Of a stretch of DNA of 64,000 bases, positions 36,045-48,440 are shown in pieces. The notes beneath the pieces are model-generated. The model did no database searches. It was not told the DNA's origin and saw nothing but the letters and a program-made list of their open reading frames with translations. The DNA comes from Aplysia californica (Eukaryota): positions 260,102 to 324,101 of the forward strand of contig NW_004797808.1 of assembly GCF_000002075.1 (NCBI RefSeq), written 5' to 3'. The first letter of the stretch is position 1, and the number at the start of each line of letters is the position of its first letter. The position numbers and the translations under genes are program-made.

Positions 36045-37248
36045 CTGAAGAAAAAACACAAAACACAGACAATCACTGGTTAGGTCCTTACATTTTTCCA
36101 AATTGACAACTTTACATAGACGTAATCATGAATTCTACAATGGCAATCTGTTGACTGGATTTTGAGAAAATGTTGCACAAAAAAAAAAAAAAGCGAAAAA
36201 AACACAACAACACCCAGTTAACAGACACAACTAGTATGGGGTTAAATAATTTTACAGATGCTTTGAATAATAAATATTTTCCAAGTGAAATAATGAAAAT
36301 AAGGGGGCGGGGGGTGGGTGGTGTAATGGAAAAACAGCATCCCAGCTAGATGTAGCACTTACAGCAGAGCAAATGGACATTCTATTTGAACACCATGCAT
36401 TATTACACAAGCAGAGACAACTGCGGTGTCATATCGGTCCAACAAAATCAAATGATGTGTTCAAATTTCAGCTAATTGATACAGGCGTTTCCACTAGAGT
36501 TGAATCTGTTCAATATGAAAATCTCTTTCATGAAAGTTAAGCATTTTATAAAAGCAACTCAAGCAGTCACGTGTTAGGTCTATTTAAAACTTCATCTAAG
36601 CTGTCAATTTTTTCTGAGCAAAAAACAACCCCAACCACTCACTATATTTGTGGGTCAACGTGATAGAATCATGTACTGTTCAAAATTTAAGGAACGGAGA
36701 AACCAGTGTTTTTGCGATTGTCGTGCAATTTTTATTGAAATGTTTTTTTTAGCATAGAAACCTCCATTAATTTCATTTTACAGAACACATTTCAGGGTGA
36801 ATTTTGCTGAAAAATTTTGCTTAAGGCCAAAGTATGTTATTTTGGAGAATAAGTATCTGAATTCAGTATCAAAAGTTATCAAACTTTGGTAGCAATTTTC
36901 TCATTAATTTCACATGTAACATCAGTTAACCCCTGCATTCTTAAATCACATGTGTGTGTGCCTGAAGAAAGGTACCAAAAGTCGGATTTTGACCATTTTG
37001 AGTTAAGGGTTGTACCTTGTAGAAAATTCAAAGCTGAACACTGATTTTTGAATTTTTGAGAAATTTCAAGAAGTATTTGAGATATTGGACATTTTGTGAG
37101 GTATGGTATAAAGATAAAATTTTAAGAAAATGAGCTTTTAAGTTTAACAAATTTGAGAACACATACAAACTTGAAAAAAACCAACAACTTAAACTGTATT
37201 CATGGAAAACTCATTTCCAATTTGGCATTTAGTTTACATTAATATGAT

Positions 37249-37362
37249 GATTAGAATTCAATGTTAAAACATAGCAGGGAAGAGAAAACATGCTTTAAGA
37301 ATAGATTAGAATTCAATGTTAAAACATAGCAGGGAAGAGAAAACATGCTTTAAGAATAGATT
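37249..37362. repeat. Exact tandem duplication of about 55 bp
   Basis: gattagaattcaatgttaaaacatagcagggaagagaaaacatgctttaagaata occurs twice. Confidence 0.9.
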
Positions 37363-37377
37363 TTTAACACCTTTTAA

Positions 37378-37622
37378 CTCTTTATCTCCGACGGGGTAAA
37401 CCTACTCAAGGCCCTTTTTTGGTGCTAAATCTAAAAATGACTCATTAAACTTCATTAAATGGAAACTAGCAAGAGTATTTTGATAGTTCATTCTTCATCT
37501 AATGAATGAACTTCTTGTATAAGAGATCTGTTAGTCGGCAATGCCGAAAAGTACTTTGATGCCGAAGTCGTCGTAAAGGAATGTGCCCGAGCCGCTGTTA
37601 GCGGATTGTCGGAGATAAAGAG
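37378..37622. mobile_element. TTAA-specific (piggyBac-like) MITE
   Basis: TTAA|ctctttatctccgac ... gtcggagataaagag|TTAA. Confidence 0.85.
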
Positions 37623-38028
37623 TTAAAAGCTGTTTTCATTATATTCATTTTTTTATACTATACCCTCAAAATAAAATACTGAGAAGTCTAGTCAATTAAA
37701 ACCCTTTTAATATCTTGTTACAAAATGGTGGAGCTATCTATTTTTTATGGAAACACATTTTCATTAAAAAAACCAAACGATTCTTTGTCATTATCAGCCT
37801 GTAGCTCGAAACAGTCTGTAGTGACTTTTGGTACCTTTCTCCAGGCACACACACATATCTCAACTTCTGTGCTACATAGACAAATAATTTTTTCACCAAG
37901 TACAAGAAAAATAAACATATGCTTTAATTTGATAGCAACGACTCAACATTCTCAAAAATCGTCAAGTGCCCATTTCCACCAAATACTGTGACACATTTCA
38001 AGTAAAGAATGCTGGTGATATAAAATTA

Positions 38029-38869
38029 CAGTGGAACTCGGATTCAACGAGATGAGATAGATTCCCCGCGTTTTTTTCTTCTTTAAAATCAATAAAAATA
38101 ACCCGGATTCAACGAGCACTTAAATCAGCGAGTTCGGATTCAACGAGCACTTAAATCAGCGAGTTCGGATTCAACGAGGTCGCTTCCAGGGTGAACTGCC
38201 CCCGCAGACGTGGCTTCGCTCATTTTTCTCCCAGAACGAACTTTATCTATTCCCAGAAACCATCCATTGCAACTGCATTGTCAACCATTATTCACTTAGC
38301 CGATTGCATGCGACCAATCAGCGGCCTTTTTTTTTCATACCAGCTACCAACACATGCGTTGTTGGCTCGCGCACGTGTCTACTCTGGCGTGTGTCGGGAT
38401 CAGATGGGCGGCCTGCACACATGTAACTGTGTGTGTGTGTCAGGGAGGGAGGGGGCGCACTAGCGATCCGGGCGTTGAACGTCGCACAAACGCGTCAGTC
38501 TTTTTTTCCCCTTGGCAACTGATCATTATTAGAATGATAAACTAGTCTTGACGTAGATCTTCGTAATGAATTGTGCGCTTATCTATGAAATCAAAAGTTG
38601 CCGTTATGCTAGGATGTACACAGCAACACAACTTTGTGGTAAACAATCGAGATGACACAGGAATGCATTTGAACGAATCGTTCTTTTTTTTTTTTACACA
38701 GCTCATAATATGCGGGCATTTCAGGCACTATTTGTGACTTCTCTTTATACACAACTTGCTCAGCGCTTGTAATTATCTACACAAAACCTCATGTTTGCTA
38801 TAACGAACACTCGGATTCAACGAGATTTTAGGTCAGGCCCGGCGACCTTGTTGAATCCGAGTTCCACTG
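38029..38869. mobile_element. pogo/Tigger-type MITE
   Basis: TA|cagtggaactcggattcaac ... gttgaatccgagttccactg|TA. Internal 31-bp tandem repeat. Confidence 0.9.
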
Positions 38870-38884
38870 TATATTTCGAGTTAC

Positions 38885-38967
38885 CTGAAGCTCCCACAGA
38901 CAGCTGTCTAAAGCTCGGCATTTTGACATATCTTCTTCATCTTCCAGGTATGGGTCACTGTCAAGAA
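38885..38967 (-). CDS. NOC4L: NOC4L exon 12: VLDSDPYLEDEEDMSKCRALDSCLWELQ
   Basis: Matches DPYDPGEEDPAQSRALESSLWELQ (CBF/Mak21 domain). Phase 1-0. Confidence 0.96.
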
Positions 38968-39047
38968 CTGTGTAAGAAAGCAAAAGTAATTTGGACACAA
39001 TCTCACTCAGGGCTTTGTATATATGCAATTAACAGTAGGCCTACTCC

Positions 39048-39413
39048 TTTAGTCTTAGTAGAGGTTTTTATGGTGCTCGCAACTGCATACATAAGGTCAT
39101 ATGAGTGCCAAGGGGTGGATGTCAACAGAGAAGTCCTTACAGGGAATCAGACTTACTATGCTTACCTCTCTAGCTTCAACAGCACAAAGTCTGCTTCAAC
39201 TATCAAGGCACCCTGGAAATAGCGGGTCACAAACATACAAAAGAAGTAGAGGCAAATGACGATAGGATTAGGAAAGAAAAAGCAGCAGTTCCCTGTTGTA
39301 GTTCAGGCACAGTTATGAGCATGACATTGTGGGATCAGCCCATTTACAATTCTACTTTGCATTAGAACGAGAAATGTCCCTCCTTCGGGAATGGCCTAAA
39401 GACACTTCAGTCA
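39048..39413 (-). mobile_element. Retroposon 3' fragment family B copy
   Basis: Colinear with the 31785 and 43288 copies; same 3' tail. Confidence 0.75.
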
Positions 39414-40807
39414 ACCGCCCATTTTAAGACACCCCCCCCCCCCGAAAGAATATATTTAAAACAAATTACCAATTAAAAAACCAGCAACCAGACATGACAA
39501 AAATATGAAATAAACAGGAAAAGATAGAATATGGGTTAAAAGTATTTAAAATTAGCAGTGAACGTCTCTATGCCTGTGCTCATTTCCAACTTGATCAAGG
39601 AAGGACCACTGATACTGATATTACTGATACATTCAAGTTCTAGACCAGTATGTGAGCCTCAACCAGATTGTCTGAAAATTTATATGATCTTGTAGAACAA
39701 GTGAATAATAGGCCTATTAATGAAATCCGTCAATGAATTGCACTTTTACCAACTTTAACATTACAGTGCAACTTAAAATAGGGCTTGGCACAATAACACA
39801 ATAGAATTGGAATAGGAATCCTCCATCATTATAATGATCTATAAAGATATAGATCTAGTAAAACATGTGAGTAGACCTAGGCCTTGAATTTGAATAAATC
39901 CACATCAGAACAATCGGTTGATAGACAAAATTCAAAATGGCCACTCGAGCACGAAATGAAACTGAAGAAAGTAATTTACGCCGTTGTCCTTCTCCGTATT
40001 TTTCTTGGGTTCCGACAATTTATTATGTCGAAAACACCAACCTTAGCATGAAAACGAAAGTGCAGACTAAGCCGACCGGAGAAAAATGGGGCGCTGGCGA
40101 TTGGCAAGGCCTCTCACATAGACCATGCAGGAGGGCCTGGCGATAGCATCGGCTGAGTCGTGGTTGTTGGACTTCAGATGATTGTCAGCAAACATGTAGG
40201 TCTATTCTATTTCTAATTCTACTGTCTTTTTCGTCCTTGCCGTCTCCACAACTACATCCTTATTAAAGTCCCATTCCACATTCTGACCAGATATTGGCTG
40301 CACTTCATTCCATTTTCTCCATATTGTATTGATAACCAGACAGATTGTCACTGTGAAAAGTACCAGTTACATCACAGAAGATTTGGGAGAAAAGAATTAG
40401 GTAACTCAGCACAACTTGTTCCCTAGAGAAATGAAACTAAAAATATTGACAGAAACCAGAAAAATTTGTCAAACAGAAAATCATACTGACAAATGACAGT
40501 AGATAAGTGAGGTTTGTTTCATACGCAGCTGGGAAATCTCCAAAAATGCAACCAGTAATGAAAGAGAATCTACTCAACAATAAATGTAATTATATATGGC
40601 TCACTGCATGTAACAAGCTATTTAGGAGGGATTGACTTTAAAAATTCCTCACGGGTGATAAAAAAAAAGTAATGCCCACTAACAAAACAACTACACCTAA
40701 ACTTCAGAGAATAACTTACCCTGTCCACGGAGGACCACAAAATAGCTGAATTTGAATCAACCCCTCCCTCTGTACTGATCCAATCAAGGAAAAAAGCGTC
40801 AACTTAC

Positions 40808-40971
40808 CTTCAGCGCCAGAGACTCGGTGCAGAAGTACTTCACACGCTGGATGCCGGCTGATCAGGTTCAGGACAAAAGGAACGGCAATGTGAGCCCCTG
40901 AGGCAGGAGCATGCAGGCACATACGAGACAGACGCTTGGCGAAAGCTGCTATCAGGTATGAGGGAAGATGT
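40808..40971 (-). CDS. NOC4L: NOC4L exon 11: HLPSYLIAAFAKRLSRMCLHAP...NLISRHPACEVLLHR
   Basis: Highly conserved NOC4 block. Phase 2-1. Confidence 0.97.
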
Positions 40972-41631
40972 CTGTAACAAAGCGGAGGAACAAAAAAAAG
41001 GAGCGTGACCAATTTGTGTGACAGAAATAAAGAATTTCAAACTATGAGGAAAGAACTTTTCTCCTCAAACCCAAATTCATTCAATAAATGATTCCACAAT
41101 GCCACCCCCTCAAATGAATAAACTCGTTTTATTCATCTTTATGAAAACCAACTGTCTTTGCGACCTCGGATGCTAAAGTCACACTGATTATTGTAACCCT
41201 CATTGTTTTTGTAAAATGCACTTTCTTCATCGTTGACAGCTTTGGGTATTATTGTCTTAAACACTCTTATCATGAAACATAAGTTCGGAAAAAATCATCA
41301 ATATCTTGTAAATGCTATCATTTACTACATTCATTAAGAAATTCAAGACAAGAAAAAAAGTCCCTCTGATTGCAGTAATGGTTCAGTGTGGAAGATGCAA
41401 AGATACAACATCTCACCCGGAAAAAGAAAGAAAAAAAAAAATTAATAAATAAAAATTACAATAAAAACAAATATATCCAATAACATACTTAAGGAAATCA
41501 CTGTTAAAAAAACCCAAAATTTTACCAATCAGCTGAGTTGAAAAATACATTAATCTAAAATTCTTTCCATGATAAAGGTGAAAACCATGAGTCAATAAGT
41601 TACTATCACAATCACACGCTTCAGCACTCAC

Positions 41632-41742
41632 GTGGATGATAAAAATGTGTCTGCCAAGTGGAAGAACCTTGCTCTGTATTTCGCACCAAACACTTGGGGC
41701 TCAAACATTGAATACATTTTCTTGTAAAAGTCAGGGTAGTCT
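41632..41742 (-). CDS. NOC4L: NOC4L exon 10: DYPDFYKKMYSMFEPQVFGAKYRARFFHLADTFLSS
   Basis: Matches EYPDFYRKLY...KYRARFFHLADLFLSS. Phase 2-2. Confidence 0.97.
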
Positions 41743-41922
41743 CTGCAGAAGTCCAAGTAAAAACTTTACAAGTAAATGTACATTAAAGACAAAAAAGAAA
41801 TAATTGAAACAACATGCCAACTATGAAAAATATATCCATTTTAAAGACAGTTTTACTTCATGAGAAAAAATGAGCATGCCAGTGATGACATCCAACTGAG
41901 AAACATCCATAAAATAAATATA

Positions 41923-42552
41923 CAGTCGAACCTGAGTAAGACGGAATCGCAAGGGAGCCTGAAAAAAGTTCTGTCTTTGACAGGGGAATTTAGTGGAGAG
42001 ATGTAAAGGGCGGTGGGGGTCCAAAGACCCAGTCGGTGGGATTAAGGGTCATTTGTCCGATCGGCAAGCAACCACAAGTGGTCAAAACTTTACACCTCAC
42101 AACCGCTATCCTCTCTGATAATGACATGTGTCAGTCTTATTTATCCAATTACCACCAGTGCTTGCATTTCATAGGACCACTGTTCGACCTATTAAAAACA
42201 GAAATGTTTGAACATCTCCTTTGCTTCCATCCTAAGCTCCACCCATAAGCACAGTCAACCAATGCCACCTCTCACTGCCAAGTAACAACGATTAGAGGAA
42301 CTTTTTTCTCGGCTGGCAGTACAATCATCACAGCAGGCATTGTTCAAACTACTTTCACACTTCTGGCCACCAATGAAAGTTTCAATGCTGGAGCGCCACT
42401 CAATCATTTTCACAGGCACTCGTGAGATTTCACACCCACATCGCTCAGGGCTCACATCTACCCTCAAAATGCACCCCTACTCCCCTTTCTCGCCCGGCAG
42501 CATGGTGTTAAGATTAGAGCCGGTGGACAGAACCAAACTTGCGAGTTTTGTT
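41923..42552. mobile_element. pogo/Tigger-type MITE, partial inverted copy of the 54026-54772 family
   Basis: Starts TA|cagtcgaacctgagtaagacggaatcgcaaggg. Reverse complement of the 54026 and 55665 copies. Confidence 0.85.
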
Positions 42553-42839
42553 TCAATTCAGGACTGAACTGGCAAAACATCCTGAATTTAATATGCTCTC
42601 TAAATCTATAAAAATGTCTAATTTCTGAGACAATATGATTCTCCAATCTTCAATTGACAAACTTGAATTAAGCAAGGACGTGATGCTGCTACGTGTTTGC
42701 AAGTACAAATCCCTGTAATCAGGATTAGAGTTCTTGCACATTCCAAGGATAACAACAAAAAAACGTTTAAAACAAGAGATATAAATAGAACACAAAAAGC
42801 ATTTAACAAATGACTCACAGTGGCAGTGCCACAATAATA

Positions 42840-43012
42840 CTTAGTTTAGCTTTAGTAAGAGCTTTACGGCACCTACAACACAATAAAGTCATATGTGCCG
42901 AACATTTTCGAGGTGTTACAAGATAGTAACAAATTTACATAAGCAGAAGGACTGATAAATATTTGAGAGAAAAGAAGGAGTAAATCACAACAGGGAACGT
43001 GCCAACCACCCA
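42840..43012 (-). mobile_element. LINE 3' tail family A copy
   Basis: gctttacggcacctacaacacaataaagtcatatgtgccg...gaggtgttacaagatagtaaca. Confidence 0.6.
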
Positions 43013-43027
43013 CACAGAAATACTTAC

Positions 43028-43088
43028 AAGTTAAACTTGTGCATGAGAATGAAGAGCCCGTGTAAACTCATCAGACTGATAGCGCCAC
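43028..43088 (-). CDS. NOC4L: NOC4L exon 9: GGAISLMSLHGLFILMHKFNL
   Basis: Matches GGALSLLALNGLFILIHKHNL. Phase 1-2. Confidence 0.97.
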
Positions 43089-43287
43089 CTGCCAGAAAAA
43101 TGACAAATTTATTGTTAACATCTCACAGAGGACATGGATGGTAGTAAAGATAAAAAATACTTCAGTGGTATGAGTACAGTACACCCACGGAATAATAAAG
43201 ACCCAAAAAAAAAATGCGTTCAAAGGTGATACCTGGCTTCTCAGATCCCTCTGAACAGATAGCAAACGCAAGGACTCAAAATTTATA

Positions 43288-43670
43288 TTAGTTATAGTAA
43301 AGGGTTTTACGGCGCTCGCAACTGCATAAGGTCATATGAGCGCCAAGGGGTGGGTGTCAACAGAGAAGTCTTTACAGGGAATCAGACTTAGACTGCTCAC
43401 CTCTCTAGCTTCAACAGCCCAAGGTCTGCTTCGACTATCAAGGCATCCTAAAATAGCAGGCCACAACATACAAAAGAAGTAGAGGGAAATGACAATAGTA
43501 AGGATCAGGAAAGAAAAAGCAGCAGTTCCCTGTTGTAGATCAGGCACAGTTGTGAGCGTGACATGAGTCAGCCCATTTACAATTCTACTATGCTTGAACG
43601 AGAAATGTCCCTCCTCCTTTGGGAATGGTATAAAGACACTTCAGTCAGTGGCACTGCCCCGGGAGGGGGG
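43288..43670 (-). mobile_element. Retroposon 3' fragment family B copy
   Basis: Colinear with the 31785 and 39048 copies. Confidence 0.75.
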
Positions 43671-44172
43671 GTGGCCTCAAAATTTACGGTTTGGAAAATG
43701 CAAAATGTGGACAATTTCAGAAATCTGTATTTCTGGATCTATCCCCAAAATTTGCACCCCAGCTGTGTACGTCATTATATTTTCCACTTCATTGTGTACG
43801 GTAGGCCTGAATAGATGTACATCCATCAATGTCAATATTCACTTTTGATATCAGAGGTGAGCAATGCGACTATAATCTGACCAAACACCCCCCCCCACCC
43901 AAAGGTCAACATCGCAGGCAAGCCAGAGACTTGATGATAGCTTATTATCTTTCCCTCCACAGAAACAAACTGGCTGTATTTCATTATCAGAAAACATGGC
44001 CATATATTTTGAGGTTTAGGTGACAGGGAAGCAGCAGCATGAGACTATTATCATTTCAGGACTTTCCTTCTGACTCCCGACACTTTTCAAAGCGTAAAAA
44101 GAAGGAAACTTTTATATATGACAAATAAATATGGAGAAAGAGGTATCCATTATTCTAAAACCCTACAATATA

Positions 44173-44710
44173 CGAGGGGCATACCAAAAGTTTTTTACTT
44201 GACCATGAAGGAATAAAGGTAGAAGGCTGAAATTTGGGGTGAAAGCCAATAATCATCTTCCTAGAATGCATGTCAATTTTAGGGAATTTCCAATAACTGA
44301 TTATACCATCAGCACACTGTGAGTGAATGGGGGTATGTTGTTCTCAATTTTCAACATAAAAATGAAGAAAATTGAGCACAGTGCAGTAATGAGATTTTTG
44401 TTCTTGCAAGGCAAGCAACAGCATGATATTTTTACGATGCATGCCGCATATGGAACTGATTGCCCATCCTATTCTGTGATGAAATTTTGGGGTAAACAAT
44501 TCAAATGCAGATTCGTGGGCATTAAAGGGCTGGTCTCCTTACAGAGAGAGGACCTCTATTCTCAAGGTCTTTCCAAGGTCATACACTGATGGCAAAAATG
44601 TGTAACTGTGGGAGGCGACTACATTGAGAAAGACTAAGCTTAGTATTAAATTTCAGCTTTGTACCTTTATTCCTTCATGGTCAGGTTATAAACTTTTGGT
44701 ATGCCCCTCG
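44173..44710 (+). mobile_element. Internally deleted mariner element
   Basis: TA|cgaggggcataccaaaagttt ... aaacttttggtatgcccctcg|TA. Transposase N-terminus MKKIEHSAVMRFLFLQGK...AYGTDCPSYSVMKFW is fused to the C-terminus WQKCVTVGGDYIEK. Confidence 0.92.
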
Positions 44711-44859
44711 TAGAGAGCTTATTAGGGAGCAAGATGAGCTTTCAGAGTGACACAAAATTATAAATAATATAAGCACTTTAGCTACTGCCTTTAGTCTAAC
44801 ATAGCCAGAGACAAAAAAGAAGAAAAGAGCTTCAAAGGAGAAGCCACATAAACAAATAC

Positions 44860-44968
44860 CTATGTTGAAAGACTCCGACAGGAAGTCAGCCAGTCGTATG
44901 GGAGTCGACATTTTCTCCATTATTGATGAAATCCCAGTCAAGATTTCTCTGTACAAACCCGTTGGCAT
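44860..44968 (-). CDS. NOC4L: NOC4L exon 8: MPTGLYREILTGISSIMEKMSTPIRLADFLSESFNI
   Basis: Matches LPLSLYKKVL...PTLMIDFLTRACDL. Phase 0-1. Confidence 0.94.
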
Positions 44969-45179
44969 CTGAAAGAAAGTTAAAAAAAAAGAAAACAATG
45001 GAAATAGATGCTCTGCAATTGTCTAGACAAAAGGGACCATTTGCTCAAAAAATGTACAGAAGTTTTTTTTAACAAAACATTCTAATCAAGTTAAAATTAC
45101 AGGCAATGTATACGAGGAAAGAAACAAGAAATAATGTTTTGCATAACGAGTAACTGATAAATTTACAGATATTTCATAC

Positions 45180-45235
45180 CTTATGCTTCAGGAACTGACA
45201 GACAACAGCAGTGAGCATTTTCTTTGACTTGTCAT
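45180..45235 (-). CDS. NOC4L: NOC4L exon 7: DDKSKKMLTAVVCQFLKHK
   Basis: Ends FLKHK as in vertebrate NOC4L. Phase 1-0. Confidence 0.88.
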
Positions 45236-46408
45236 CTGTAGAAAAAACCCAAACAAAACATGTCTGTAGTTAGAATAGCTAAAGATAATTCATCACCAAG
45301 AGAGGCATCAGAGAAAGAAAAGCATGTTGACACATAAACTTCCGTTCATTGCTGTGAAAATCAACATGAATAGAACTAAGAACTAACGTAGCAAAGAAAT
45401 GGGATGCACAAGTAGCGTCTTGCAACTACTCGGCCAGGTACTTCATATTTCTTAAACGTTCCTTGGACAATATTTTCCCTTTTCAATGGATATTACACAA
45501 ATATTTTGTGACGTTGTGTAATTCGTCAGAAGGTAATACTTGAATACCGGTATTAAAAAACTTCAAATGGATGTTATTACTGTTAAGAACTTTGAAATCA
45601 AAGATTCTATCAACGAAGATATATGCACTGAATTTTCCTCTCTCTATATTCTTTGAACTTACTAAAACCAAAGAGACCAAGATTTCTAAGATCACCTACA
45701 AGTGAATTAATAGTTACCATCATAGCCTAGATTAAGGACATACTGTAACAAGTGAATTGTGTGTTTGAACCAAGGACCAGAAAATATGAATATTTCAACA
45801 AAAAAATAAACGTATACATTGGGAATTGTGATTTGAACATACTTTCACAAACCAAAACATATTACTCAAAGTAAAAAAAAAGTGACCCTGAAGATACGGT
45901 TCAGACAAGGACCCAGTTATGCATCTAAACTACATAATTGCAATAGTCGGAATTGTTTTAAACTGCCATCCACTGTCCAGAAGAAAAAAGGGCCATCTTA
46001 ACTCTTTCAGGACGAAACGGACACATCTGTCCGACCAGCAGCAGAACAAAGTCAATGTTCAACACATTTCGAACAACCACACTCAAATCAGAAACACACA
46101 TTTGCCAAGTTTTTCACAAGCATGATGTTGCAGACCGTTTAAAGTTTCAGATAAATTAAACGAAAAAGTCTACATGATTAACGAAGTTAGGCTCTTCTTT
46201 AAGTGCCTTCAAAACAGCTTGTTTGCTTACATTGTCGAAAATGCGTCCTCAAAGAGTATAACAGGTGTCATTTTACTGTAAAAAAACCCCCCAACAACTA
46301 AAGGGCCAAAGTGGAAGTGGCTATTTGTACAGGTTATTGTCTTAAACAGGTAGCACTGGAGCAGGTTCGACTGTATACTGCACAATATATAAAACACAAA
46401 AGCCATAC

Positions 46409-46475
46409 CTATTTCTTGTTCTGCGATCTGCTTAATTATCCTCCAGCAGTTGAAAAGAAAGATGTCAGATGGCGT
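46409..46475 (-). CDS. NOC4L: NOC4L exon 6: TPSDIFLFNCWRIIKQIAEQEI
   Basis: Strong acceptor and donor, phase 0-1 fits neighbours. Weak similarity to VPPAFWNNAFTLL. Confidence 0.75.
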
Positions 46476-46877
46476 CTGAAAAGAAAAAGACCACCAAAAA
46501 ATTTTTTTTCTTCGAATTTGTCAACTTGTAGATCCACTTATATCTAGCATACAGTCAACAACCTGTAACAGTTCTTCTCCCCAAACAACTTGATATTTGC
46601 AGATCAACTTTGCCCATCCTTCCATATAAAACTGCATGCATTCATAAATTTAGCCTAAAAGATTCAGGCATAATGTAAACTGAGAAGAAATAAAAATCAA
46701 TATACCCCCCAATACAGAGAAGAAAACCTTCCTTGCTAAAACTTAAAAAGACCATGGAGACCCCCCCCCCCCCCCCCCCAAAAAAAAAGAACCATATAGA
46801 AAGAATATAATAGGTAAAAAGGTAGGAAACTGCTGCTCTGATAAAAATGCAAGCTCACAAACTCCCTTTTCACTTAC

Positions 46878-47027
46878 CGAGTCCAGTGTCTTTATGCAAG
46901 CCTTCAAGTGTGCCAGACAACATGCTGTGACCTCCGTGCTGCCCTCCCAGACACTCAGAAGAAGTGGGAGTAGTTCAATCAGCTGGGCCTGGTCCTGCTC
47001 AGTGCTGAGTAGTTGATTCATTACATT
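46878..47027 (-). CDS. NOC4L: NOC4L exon 5: NVMNQLLSTEQDQAQLIELL...
   Basis: Matches LVVGGLLSPEEDQSLLL. Donor gtaagt, phase 0-0. Confidence 0.88.
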
Positions 47028-47437
47028 CTGGGAGGACACATAAATAATATGGATCTAGCCACATATATAAACCTAGCTTTATCTATCATTCTGTATAAAT
47101 ATATATATATATAGATACATATTTACACATACATATACATTATATATGTGCGGTCTAGATTGAACATAGTAAACATAGGATATCTAAGAACTTCGGTCAA
47201 TATCAAAAGAGGTAGACAAGGTTGGACAAACTGGTCAAAATTTTATATGAATTATGTTCCCTGTGACACTCTGGGGTCATTGTCTTGCGCTGTTTTTTTT
47301 AAACGATTAAAATATATTTGCAAACAACAAAATAAAAACAATGTCAGGATATTATAAGTTAAAAAATGTATTAAATTTAGAGCCTCTATAAACATGTTAT
47401 TATTAGGATATTATATTCATAATTTCTTTCATCAAAC

Positions 47438-47521
47438 CTGAATAAGTTTGCCACATAAGCCTTGTGTAGAGTGACTTTTCTCCGCTTGAAGGGTGGTAAC
47501 AAGAGCGTCCATCGCAGAAAT
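47438..47521 (-). CDS. NOC4L: NOC4L exon 4: ISAMDALVTTLQAEKSHSTQGLCGKLIQ
   Basis: Resembles ELALSALLKFVQLEG. Phase 0-0. Confidence 0.75.
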
Positions 47522-47884
47522 CTGATGATGTACATAATACAGCATAAAATTAAGCATAAATCAAATAGGAATGAATACAATTTGCAGTACAGTAGTTGTC
47601 TACAGGTGTAAGACAGGGGAAAACACTGAAACTTCTAACATCTTTCAAGTTAATACATTAGGTTTACAGATTAGTTGTGCTAATCATCACAAGTATTCCT
47701 TTGAATTAAATTTTTTTTAAAAGAAGAAAACTTTAGTTTCAATGATAGAATTGTACTCATTCAGAAGCTAATCATCATTATGAACTATTTCATATTTCAT
47801 TTATAATCGAGAGGCTGCGAAAGTACCAACAGAGTGAACAGTACATTCATAAGACTCAGTCACGATAAGTCAAAAGGTCCAGAC

Positions 47885-47988
47885 CTGTACTGTAGATTGA
47901 TCATGGTTCAAATTGTCACACAGAACATCACACGTTGTTGTGAACTGCTCCTGTAGCCATGATGAGAACTGGTCCTCTTTGCTTAAAT
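47885..47988 (-). CDS. NOC4L: NOC4L exon 3: DLSKEDQFSSWLQEQFTTTCDVLCDNLNHDQSTVQ
   Basis: Resembles KYKVWMRHRYHSCCNRLGELLGHPSFQVK. Phase 1-0. Confidence 0.85.
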
Positions 47989-48440
47989 CTGGCGACAAAG
48001 AACAGATAAAACAAGATACACTCTATTGACTTCATAATGGAGAGGAAGAAATAAAGTGTGTTTACACCTGCTTCTGTATCAATATTCACAGCATCACATC
48101 AACACAAAAGATACCTCCCCCCCACCCCCACCAAAACAAAACAGAAAGAAACCCAGCAGATTAAACTGACATGTCATAAATCTAGAATAATTCAATTAAG
48201 CACTTTCAAAGTTGACTCTTTATGTCTTGCCCCCATGAGCTACTGGATCTGTGCATCAGAGAGCTTTTGGGTCAACTGCCTGATATTTACAAAATCCTAC
48301 CCTTAAGACAGGCATTTAGTGCATTATAAAAGGAAAGGAAGTATCATTTAGGCATGTACTCAGTATGCATGTGGTAAATCCTGCAGTAAATTCAAACTTC
48401 ACATACGGTAATAAAAAAAAAAAAAAAAGAGGATATATAT

